A stretch of DNA of 64,000 bases, from positions 87,517 through 151,516 of the forward strand of contig CAKKQC010000007.1 in NCBI GenBank assembly GCA_919901855.1. Reading direction: 5' to 3'. The notes under the pieces were generated by a model that was not told the DNA's origin, made no database searches, and worked only from the letters and a program-made list of their open reading frames with translations. Below, one piece after another: positions 9,001 to 14,649 of this stretch. This DNA is from a bacterium (GTDB lineage: Bacteria > Oederibacteriota > CAKKQC01). Position numbers and translations under genes: made by a program. How positions within the stretch are numbered: the stretch's first letter is position 1; every line of letters starts with the position of its first letter.

Positions 9001-10604
9001 AAGAGGAAGCCCTCCTGGTCGCCTCCGTCCGACCGGTGGATGACGACCCGGCCGCTGGCGATGGCCCACTCGGGGTCGTCGCACAGCAACGAGAAGACGG
9101 CGAAGCCCGCGCCGCTGTCCGGGAACTCGTGACGCGAGACCGGGTCCGGGCCGGCCGCGGGGGTGAGCGCCGTCACGGATTCGTACAGGTACGCGGACGC
9201 GAAGTAGTACGGAGTGCGGCCCAGTCCGCCCAGCGCGTGGTAGGCGTTCAGCCTTCCGTGTCCCATGTGCTGCTCGAATCCGTCGCCGTTGTAGTAGTTC
9301 CCGGCGGGCGGCGCTATCCGGTCGGCCGTACCGATAAGCCGCCGCCGCACGGTTTCGGGGGCCCAGTCCGGATTCTGGCTCAGGGCCAGCGCGGCGACGC
9401 CGGCCGTGATCGGGGAGGCGAACGAGGTGCCGTTCGCGGCGTCGTAGGCCCCGCCGGGGTAGGTGCTGATCAGCCCGGGCGTCCCCTGGCCCGGGGCCAC
9501 CAGGGCCAGCGGGGGGCCGAAGCACGAGAAGCTGGAGAGCTGGTCGTGCTCGTCCACGCTGCCCACGGCGATGACTTCCGGATAGGCTCCCGGATAGTTG
9601 ACGGCGTTGGCGGAGTTGCCCGCCGCGGCGATGATCACGATGCCGACGGAGGCCAGGTCCCGGACCGCCTCGCGCATGGCCAGCGAGGACGCGGGGCCTC
9701 CGAGGCTCATGTTGACGACATGGGCCCCGTGGTCCTTCGCGAACTCGATTCCCTCGACGATGTCGGCCCAGTTTCCCCATCCCTGCGGGCTCATGACCTT
9801 GATGGGCATGATCCGAGGTTCCCACGTGACGCCTGCGATCCCGATCGCGTTGTTCGTGGCCGCGCCGATGAACCCCGCCACCATCGTGCCGTGCATGTTG
9901 TCGTCCATCGGGTCGTCGTCTCCATTGAAAGCGTCCCGGCCGACTACGAAGCCCCCGGTCAGCGCGGGGCCGGGGCCGGACGGGGCCGTCAGGATGCGCG
10001 AAGCCCCGCTCCCGGGATCGAAGTCGGGATGAGTGTAATCCACGCCCGTGTCCACGACGGCGACGACGAGGGAGGCGGATCCCTTCGATCCCGTGAGCAG
10101 GGGGTCGTTCCAGGCCTTGTCGGCCAGTATCTGGGTCAGGTAGGTCTGGGCGGGCAGGAGCGTGCCCTGATAATAGGGGTCGTTGGGGGACGAGAAGGGC
10201 ATGGCCCGCATGATCCCGTTGGGCTCCGCCCATTCCACGTTCGGGTTCCTTACCAGCGCGTCGAGGACCGCCTCGAGGGACCGCCCGCCACCCGCATGGA
10301 GGAGCTGGACCCGGGCCGGGCGCAGGTCGCGGAGATGCGCCAGGCCCAGCGCGCCGGCCAGCGCCGTCCGGTCGGCGGCACCCGTACCCGCCTTCCACCG
10401 GATGATGACTTCGTCGGCTATGGCCTCGATGCGCCCGCCCTGCCATGCGATCTCGCGGATCGCGGATGCGTCCCGCGAGCGGGCCGGCGCGGCATGGGCG
10501 GTGAGGTCGGGAAGTGGGAGCACCAGCCACGCGAGCACGACGAGCGCTTTGCGCCCGGCGGTGCGCGACCGCGGAAGCCGGGGCGCATGGGATGTCAGGA
10601 CCAC
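1..10604 (-). CDS. Giant secreted multidomain protein, 3'-partial (continues past window start; >3530 aa in window). Order: signal peptide, I9-like propeptide, subtilisin-like S8 peptidase, DUF11/Ig-like beta-sandwich repeats, SBBP-type beta-propeller repeats, more DUF11-like repeats including an 813-bp tandem duplication.
   Basis: The minus frame whose codon position 3 falls on coordinates divisible by 3 has no stop (no TTA/CTA/TCA on the plus strand at that phase) from position 1 up to a TAG at 10721..10719. The first canonical start after it is GTG at 10604. Hand translation gives signal peptide RKALVVLAWLVLPLPDLTAHA, then PNDPYYQ...AWNDP, VVAVVDTGVDYTHPDF (Asp ~10050), DNMHGTMVAG (His ~9892), NGTSFASPITAGVAAL (Ser ~9424). 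Around 8400 it reads LTITDTLPNGTAFSS (DUF11-like), near 380-450 DLLTYTIEFANHCRDTAMAFKVWDTIPA, near 6300 VDYDSPANYADAAAAVAVDGAGNAVVAGHESRYD (SBBP-like). Every TCA/CTA/TTA in 1..10700 sits at one other phase, consistent with high GC3. It is absent from the ORF track because it has no in-window stop. Confidence 0.7.
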   Translation of the reverse strand, partial: MVLTSHAPRLPRSRTAGRKALVVLAWLVLPLPDLTAHAAPARSRDASAIREIAWQGGRIEAIADEVIIRWKAGTGAADRTALAGALGLAHLRDLRPARVQLLHAGGGRSLEAVLDALVRNPNVEWAEPNGIMRAMPFSSPNDPYYQGTLLPAQTYLTQILADKAWNDPLLTGSKGSASLVVAVVDTGVDYTHPDFDPGSGASRILTAPSGPGPALTGGFVVGRDAFNGDDDPMDDNMHGTMVAGFIGAATNNAIGIAGVTWEPRIMPIKVMSPQGWGNWADIVEGIEFAKDHGAHVVNMSLGGPASSLAMREAVRDLASVGIVIIAAAGNSANAVNYPGAYPEVIAVGSVDEHDQLSSFSCFGPPLALVAPGQGTPGLISTYPGGAYDAANGTSFASPITAGVAALALSQNPDWAPETVRRRLIGTADRIAPPAGNYYNGDGFEQHMGHGRLNAYHALGGLGRTPYYFASAYLYESVTALTPAAGPDPVSRHEFPDSGAGFAVFSLLCDDPEWAIASGRVVIHRSDGGDQEGFLLETWMAATISSYSTTLAINPNEGYAPVTCVPDAYLTDWDSESPLWMPLPAFTIPGLSPASLEVKAVPDPNEAGLITALEIVARDGTGAAIRGVPVRATLVSSPPGAAIVPATGTTAGTPPRFTTSLVLSATPGRHLVVARVDDPRFADVSTTATVTGVPRLVVRKQANPAGYVCAGRTVDYAISWTKGGWTNAFALTITDTLPNGTAFSSGQPGLFAQADALGTPALTSSAWASSAAGPWTPGLPAPGTAAPLVLRWVVDRVAPGRSGSIGYRIAVSSALAQGSLVTNRASATFTGESRAFPSDPAANLVDDPVPFDTHAAAPDTVSSGQSFDVTLTVTNTGSGTTAASPAIAVVPAAGLVTLVSGPVPAGPFPVPAGSAQTFTWHFLATGTGRAAFNATAGANPCDGDAAGTLVQVPALMDARLAAVPNPASTGQSFMVTLTVTNTGQAALAGLTMEPLLLAGTGNAGLLAGPWPVPPLSLPGGSAIVFTWTFTATLAGPVRFSTTVTAADANSGVAMPAAHPAVVLTVQRPAVLEGGPLTAQPDPVCGGNLVSVVATVTNTGEAAALDVGGPALSPGGSGGIALVSSPPPVARLEGGQRTSLTWVYRATAGGSVEFTATVAGRDANSGSPLDTGPWVSPAITVLASAWLTGSLSIPAGACTGRWFEVALTVTDTAAVDIPGVTPWLTLDQGAGLVESISGPSPSGPVTIAAGSRQVFVWTLSVSGQGAVALTGRAQAADPVTECLLAAISSGTLVTGTAGELASTLTVSPSTAAVGQPVTVVLDASNPGTGPLFDLSPALVCHPAGGAASLVTGPTPAGPVVLDPGGSVSFTWTYLADAAGSVVFTATVTGEDACLHRPVSVHSVRLDIATALVAARCPPNEVWSVDYDSPANYADAAAAVAVDGAGNAVVAGHESRYDIFQDGNWLIRKYGPAGNLIWTVTYDSPAHYFDRAYAVAIDGGGNIIVAGAEARWDLLQGNNWHVRKYDSDGALLWSRSYNSPGNGDDQAVAVAADAAGNIVVAGYEARTDLGQGDNWRILKYDPDGALLWSRSYTGPGSGSDRAEGVAVDSAGDIVVAGYENRLDLGQGNNWLVRRYDPDGSLLWERSYNSPANSTDQATAVAIDPAGRIVVAGSEYRWDIGQDSDQLVRTYDAAGNLLWTKSYNDPGNGYDTAHAVSVDVNGRVLLAGSEYRADLGTNYDWRMVLFDSTGEELWSVSYDGPAGGYDEAYGVAIAPSGDILLAGSEDRSDAGQAENWRVIRYRPTSACVVVSLTVTPPNPAMGDIVLAALTAENPGTGTLTGVSPSIWIPVNPLAMQLLAGPVPPGPVALGPGASQTFLWTFSVTGVGNVQFTATATGIDQLTGLPVSGEDSDGCAIPCVFTNGILTVECTGESADNAGMGQFTVRTGEDHPHPNQNVIYPSQSTSYFSVRDVDGLTVWTNEDGYPTVEAGYTAGRMSDYPCSLTALGPKEFRATYNLPDYIVIEDVAISGSSLADSKVRHTVSVNNITASARQYGVRYLWDWMIASSDDSWFRSRDPDGVFSDTFVTFAPPDFPRYEQVDFPSSPTFSVFGSVSGCDVARPATQPDELRYASWGTSVGEAWDFVNTGSGTDSAMVYYWGKTAPLTIGPGESFSFTQYVTTEIGSLRSTASLFKDSSPSGAVLDGTELTYTISWRTVGGDTLYGLTITDNLPALTRYRSPSLEFWARPDDLGTPSLAGVAWSPSIDGPWTAGEPPDLADVPLLLRWVVDRAAPDRSGFIRYRLVVSATAFEPGAVIANSASATVFLGSRTSISNEVVNPVGIDIRLTKTPSGWILNRGMPFAYTIDYANAGAMTASQVALWDTLPPGADFVACSGGLSCTVHEGIVTWQLPPDLPPGSSGTVSVTVSANGSGLTLGPNIARFGYRDEAGKVAPDKPSNPVSVFLVTPRIALAKFASQEVVPDGSLLDYYLQITNWGTDRARDIVVWDTLPPGAGFVACSGGTTCAFDGTKVVFTIDQLVPGAAATLAVTVSATGALDGAINRGAAGFLDSATQWLGPVTSNPVTVAIAPGSPELVKEALPADGVPAGGEILYTIRWTNTAGGIVRGLVITDALPPGTSYSPASLAFAAYPDWAGAPSLTASAYAPSTAGPWTAGEPPGGTPAPLVLRWTVDRAYPGSSGWLAFRVRTSATLAEGDPVCNAASATLLFDAPPRPSPEACTLVRRANLVLTMTVSGSPVPDGSLVTYTLRTFNAGSDTAIGISLLDTLPAGVVYDHCDGGAFDGVRVGWALADLGPGRTVEVWFTATITATTPSNRFSAWFTNTALAPGSAISNPVTVAVTPGSPELVKEALPAYGVPAGGEILYTIRWTNTAGGIARGLVITDTMPPGTRYAAPSLGFLAYPDPAGTPSLTASAYGPSTAGPWTAGEPADGTAPPLVLRWTVDRAYPGASGWLAFRVRTSATLAEGDTVCNAASATLLFDARPRSSPAACVAVRRANLVLTKTVSGSPVPDGSLVTYTLRTFNAGSDTAIGISLLDTLPAGVVYDHCDGGAFDGVRVGWALADLGPGRTVEVWFTATITATTPSNRFSAWFTNTALAPGSAISNPVTVAITQARLAIRQIPAPAPACLGGLLVYGFSITNTGTDTATSVTVTDTLPAGALYGSCGGGTGCSFDGTHTTWILPNLPPGAGAGLFLTVTVTGSLGVHGARADLANSAAIPQPPAWSNTCTVGVVQARLDLGIVPSIFQASSAGTVVFALTCTNTGTDTIANLALWDTVPAGSTWVAGGTLSGSVASWTLPPLAPGARLTVLLTVAPVPTCSVFSLSHAASASFRNGCGTPQPVVTAAAPPVEVRDTGVTLTKRSSRPGVLRGDLLTYTIEFANHCRDTAMAFKVWDTIPAGAVFDHCGTGCVFDGTKVDWSLPDLPPGAAGSVTLTVSVTGKPLGDNWTTAAFHGVVDGTYREVESNIVSVAILDPYVPPPPSYCGVPFRVYPNPYNPRRAVRGTVKFQGLPPGSTVAVYTL
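1238..2863. repeat. In-frame tandem direct repeat of 813 bp (two full copies, 1238-2050 and 2051-2863, ~95% identical, with a partial third copy starting at 2864) inside the giant gene
   Basis: Strings such as ccaccgtgacggggttgctgatggcggagccgggggcgagggcggtgttcgtgaaccaggcggagaaccggttcgacgg recur exactly 813 nt apart. The shadow ORFs 442..1821 and 2056..2634 share a near-identical ~190-aa stretch. Confidence 0.8.
5240..6360 (-). repeat. SBBP-like beta-propeller repeat region inside the giant gene, with ~165-nt DNA periodicity
   Basis: Recurring DNA motif ccagaggagggNNccNtcgggatcgtac on the plus strand at ~5681, ~5849 and ~6013. Minus-strand translation gives W..YDSPANYADAA.AVAVDGAGN.VVAG and ...DNW.I.KYD..G.LLW blades. 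Confidence 0.55.
9300..10350 (-). other. Subtilisin-like S8 serine peptidase catalytic domain within the giant minus-strand gene (catalytic D/H/S order)
   Basis: Motifs VVDTGVDYTHPDF, HGTMVAGFIGAATNNAIGIAGV and GTSFASPITAGVAALALSQNP translated from the minus strand. Confidence 0.7.
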
Positions 10605-10859
10605 TTCCAGACCTTCCTGCCGCCGTTCATCCGTTCGCCGATCCCTCCCGTCGATTGGAACCCAACGCCTCCACGCACCGGGGACGTGGTCCGGCTCGGC
10701 CCAAGCATCCGTGCCTACCTAATAATATGCACGCGCCGTGCCGGGATGAGCCGTCGCCGTTGCTGGGGATCGGGGAGGCGGGGTGGGGAGAAAATTCCCG
10801 GGGGCGGGGTGCCAGCGCCCCACCGCTGTCAGGTGTCAGTCAGCGCGCCAGCCGCGCTT

Positions 10860-12116
10860 TCAGGACAGGCTGGAGGGAGCGGTGACGGCGAGACAGCCGC
10901 AGAATCCGCCGAACCCGTATGCGCACACGAGCGCGACCCTGGGGGGGCGATCCTCCGCCGACCTCGTGTAGCGCAGCGCGCAGTCCGGATCGCGCTCGCC
11001 CCAGTTCACGGTCGTCGGCACGATCCCGGCGTCCATCATGAGGACCAGCAATGCGGCCTCGACCGCGCCGCTCGCGCCCAGCGTGTGGCCCGTCAGCGGC
11101 TTCGTCCCCACGACGAGAGGCCGGGAGGCGTCCGGCCCGAACACGGCGCCGAGTACCGTGCTCTCGTAGGCGTCGTTCACCCGGGTGCCGGTGCCGTGCG
11201 CGACGATCGTGTCGATGCCCGCCGGCGCGAGTCCGGCGTCGAGCAGGCAGGCGCCCATGGCATCCGTCCCCCCGCTGCCGGCCGGGTCGAAATCGAAGTA
11301 CCCGTGGGCCTCGCCGGCGAGCCCCGACCCCGCGAGCTCCGCACGGACTCTGGCGCCGCGGCGCATGGCATGCTCCCGCGATTCGATGACGAGGACGGCG
11401 GCACCCTCGCCGAGGACCATGCCCCGGCGGCGCCGGTCGAACACGTAGTAGGGATCGCCCGGCTCCGCGGTTGCGAGCACGCCTAGCGAGGCGAAAGACG
11501 CGAGCGTAAACGGCGTGACCGGAGCCTCGGCGGCCCCCGCCAGCACGAGATCCGCCCGCCCCAGCCGCACGAGGTCGGCCGCATGGGCGAGCGAGAACAG
11601 TCCCGTGGCGGAGGCGCACGAGAAGCCCAGCGTGGGGCCGCGCACTCCGTGCCGGATGCCGACGGCGGCGGGGACGAAGCTCGCGTCATGGCGCCGTGGT
11701 TTCACCGCCCCGGGTCCGTGCTCGATCAGGGCGCGCATGGCGTCCTCGGAGGCGGCCGCGCCGCCCTTGCCCGACGACACCGTGACGGCCACCCGGCGGG
11801 GGTCCCAGCTTCCCGGCGCGAGCGCGGCGTCGCGAACGGCGAGGTCCGAGGCGGCGACGGCGAGGTGCAGGACCCGGTCCTGGCGCATCAGAGTGCGGCG
11901 ATCCAGGAATGCGGCGGGATCGAACCCCGGCGCGAGCCCGGCCACCCGGGAGGGGAACGGTGCGGCGTCGAATCCGGTGATGGCCGTCAGTCCCGGCCGG
12001 TCCGCGCGCAGCGCGGCGGTGACGGCTTCGCGGCCCGTCCCCAACGCGCAGATGATCCCGACGCCCGTGATGACTGGCGTACGATCACCGGAAACCCCTG
12101 CCAATTCGGCGTGCAT
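10860..12116 (-). CDS. fabF: Beta-ketoacyl-ACP synthase (KAS I/II, FabF/FabB-like, Cys-His-His triad)
   Basis: Track ORF 10860..12305 trimmed to internal ATG (MHAELAGVSGDRTPVITGVGIICALG). Motifs GFSCASATGLFS, IVAHGTGT and KPLTGHTLGASG. Confidence 0.8.
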   Translation of the reverse strand: MHAELAGVSGDRTPVITGVGIICALGTGREAVTAALRADRPGLTAITGFDAAPFPSRVAGLAPGFDPAAFLDRRTLMRQDRVLHLAVAASDLAVRDAALAPGSWDPRRVAVTVSSGKGGAAASEDAMRALIEHGPGAVKPRRHDASFVPAAVGIRHGVRGPTLGFSCASATGLFSLAHAADLVRLGRADLVLAGAAEAPVTPFTLASFASLGVLATAEPGDPYYVFDRRRRGMVLGEGAAVLVIESREHAMRRGARVRAELAGSGLAGEAHGYFDFDPAGSGGTDAMGACLLDAGLAPAGIDTIVAHGTGTRVNDAYESTVLGAVFGPDASRPLVVGTKPLTGHTLGASGAVEAALLVLMMDAGIVPTTVNWGERDPDCALRYTRSAEDRPPRVALVCAYGFGGFCGCLAVTAPSSLS

Positions 12117-12124
12117 GACGCGGG

Positions 12125-14633
12125 TATGATACCACTCATGGCATTTGCGCCCTGGCTCGCCGCGGTCTGGGGCCTCCTCGTCTGGGGCAACTGGTACCGG
12201 GTCAACTGCGCGCTCGACCATCCCGCCTGGCTCGACCACGTGCGGCAGGCCTTCCTCCTCTGGACGTACGTCGACACCAGAAGCCTCGCGGCCTGGGGCA
12301 CTCATCTCGGCCAGCTCGCCCTCCTCGGCGTGCTCGGAATTGCAGCGGCCGGCGCGGGTGAGCGGGGGCTGAACTGGTGCGGGCGGCGCGGCCGCGACCG
12401 GGGCATCCTCGATGCGACGGCCCTCGGCGCCGGGCTCGCGGCACTCGCGATGCTGGGCGCGGGATTGGCCGGGCTGGCCCGGTTCCTTCCCGTCGCCGCA
12501 GTGGTGGCGGTCGCGGGCGTGGCCGGTCTGCCCTCAGCCCGCCGCGCCGGGCGGCGTGGGTGGGACGCATTTCGGCGGACGGATGCGGGGACCCGGTGGA
12601 TCGCCCTGGGGCTGGCAGCCGCGCTCGCGGTCCCACTCCTGGGCGCGCTCGCCCCTGAGACCTCGGTCGACGCGCAACTACACCACCTCGCCCAGCCCGC
12701 GCTCTTCGCCTCCCTCGGCCGGATCGTCGCCCTGCCCTTCAACGAGTTCTCGCTCCATCCCGCGCTCGTCCACATGCAGTTCCTGATCGCGTTCGTCCTC
12801 GGCGGCGGGGAGGTCGTGGCCAAGCTCGTGCACTTCGGGTGGGGCGTTCTCGTGGCCGCGCTCGTCGCGGTCTGGGCCGGCCGGCGGCTGGGCGCGCGCT
12901 GGGGCCTGGCGGCGTCCGCCGCGTTCGTTCTCCTGCCGTACACGCAGGTCGTGGCCATCCGCGCGTACGTCGAGCTGGCGACGGTCGCGTACCTGACGCT
13001 CCTGATCCGAGACCTCGTGGCACCGGGTGCCAATCCCGTTCTCGTCGGTGTCTGGGGCGGCCTCTGCGCCGGGACCAAGGTCAACGGGCTCATGGCGCCC
13101 GCGCTGGCGGCGGGGGCATTGGCCCTGCGGCGGGCGCCGTGGCGGGTCTGGGGGGCGTGGGCGCTGGCCGGCACCGCCGCGGTCGCGCCGTGGGCTGTCA
13201 AGAACGCCCTCGCCTGCGGCAATCCCACCGGGCGGCTCCTGCCCGGCGTCTTCCCGACGATGTGGTTGGACCCGGAGAACCTGCGTCGGCACGTGATCGA
13301 GCTCGTGGGGGCCGGCCGGGAGCCGATGGCCTTGCCCGGGGCCGCGGGCCTGCTTGCCCGGCCCTGGAACGTGAGCATCCTCAACACCGGGGTCATGGAT
13401 CCCCACAGCGGGATGGGCGGCTGGTTCCTCTGGATTGCGCCGTTCTGTCTGCTCGCCTCCGGCGTCGGGCCGCTCGCCGCGCTCGTGGGCGGCGGGCTCG
13501 TGCTCTGGCAGATCATGCCGCACCTCGTCCGGTACTCGATGCCGCTCTGGCCGGCAATGAGCGTCCTCGGCGCGCAGGGCCTGCGGGCGCTGTCCGCGCG
13601 CGGCTCCGGTGGCCGCGCCGTCGTTGCAGCCGCCGGGCTGGTGCTGGCCGTGCACCTGCCGCTCGCGGTCGCGCGCGAGTTCTCGATCGCGAACCCCTTC
13701 GGCGTCGTCTTCGGTCTCGAGACCCGGAACCACTATCTCGCCCGTGGGTTCCCGGAGCGGGGGCGGACGGTGGCGGCGCAAGCCTGGCTGGCCCCCGAGA
13801 TCGGACGTAGCCGGGTCCTCCTGCTCACGCCGACCGGGCTCTGGCTTCACTGGGGGCCGCGGACGGTTGTTCAGTCGCTGTTCGACACTGCGCTCATCGA
13901 GCGGTTCGCCCGCGAGGAGCGGGACGCGGCGGGGATCGCGAAGCGATTCCGGCAGACCGGGATCGGCTGGACAATCTACCTGCCGCAATCGGGCTGGGCG
14001 CTCGAGCGGACATATGGCACGTGGGCGTTTGAGGAAGGGGCGGCGGCGCGGTGGCGCGCATTCTGGGAAACCCGGGCGGTTCTCGCGCACGCGGAGGGGG
14101 ACCGGATCGTGATCCACCGGCTCCTGCTTGGAGGGTCCGTGCCGCCTAATCCGCCGGATGGGTACCTGCCGGGGCTCGATGAGCGGTGGCTGGCCGAGAC
14201 CGCGGGGCTCGCGGACCGGGGCGACCCCGGCGTGGTGGGCCGGTTCGAGGCCATCGCCCGTGCGACCGGATCGGCGGCGGCGTGGGAACAGGCGGCCGCC
14301 GCGATCCTGAAGGCGGGCGACGAGAAGAAGGCGCTGGCGGCGTTCCGCGAGGCCGAACGCCGCGGCCGGCGCACGGTGGCGACCGCGGCCGCCGTAGGCA
14401 TGCTCGAGGCCCGCGCTGGGCGTCTTCGCCCGGCCGCGGATGCACTGGACATCGCAGTCGCCATCGACCCCTCCCGCGAGGACATCCGGCTCCTGGACGT
14501 GCGCGTGCTCCTCGGCCTTCGCAGGCTCCAGGACGCCGCCCGCGTGCTGGATGACGGGCTCAAGCTCAACCCGGGCTCCGCCGCCCTCGGGGCCGCGTGG
14601 CGCGACCTCACTGGCCGTCCATACCTGAGATAA
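12125..14633 (+). CDS. Polytopic inner-membrane protein with C-terminal TPR repeats (GT-C/PMT-like glycosyltransferase candidate)
   Basis: Real part of track ORF 11583..14633, starting at ATG 12125 (MIPLMAFAPWLAAVWGLLVWG). The upstream portion is antisense to fabF. At least 10 hydrophobic helices, then a TPR-like tail (ILKAGDEKKALAAFREAERRGRRTVATAAAVGMLEARAGR...). Confidence 0.6.
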
Positions 14634-14649
14634 TCGCCTTGGGAGTCCC

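Noticed and set aside
2901-10530. Long minus- and plus-strand track ORFs 2914..5586 (-), 2901..4223 (+), 4497..5843 (+), 5222..6121 (-), 6051..6893 (+), 6979..8451 (-), 7198..8318 (+), 8800..10530 (-), 9036..11486 (+), 9598..10032 (+)
   Set aside because: They are Arg/Gly/Pro-rich or shadow-like translations in off-frames of the giant gene. 9598..10032 (+) is the exact antisense of the S8 catalytic domain (its complement reads HGTMVAG...).
11583-12124. 5' 180 codons of track ORF 11583..14633 (+)
   Set aside because: Arg/Gly-rich and antisense to fabF. The real membrane-protein gene starts at ATG 12125.
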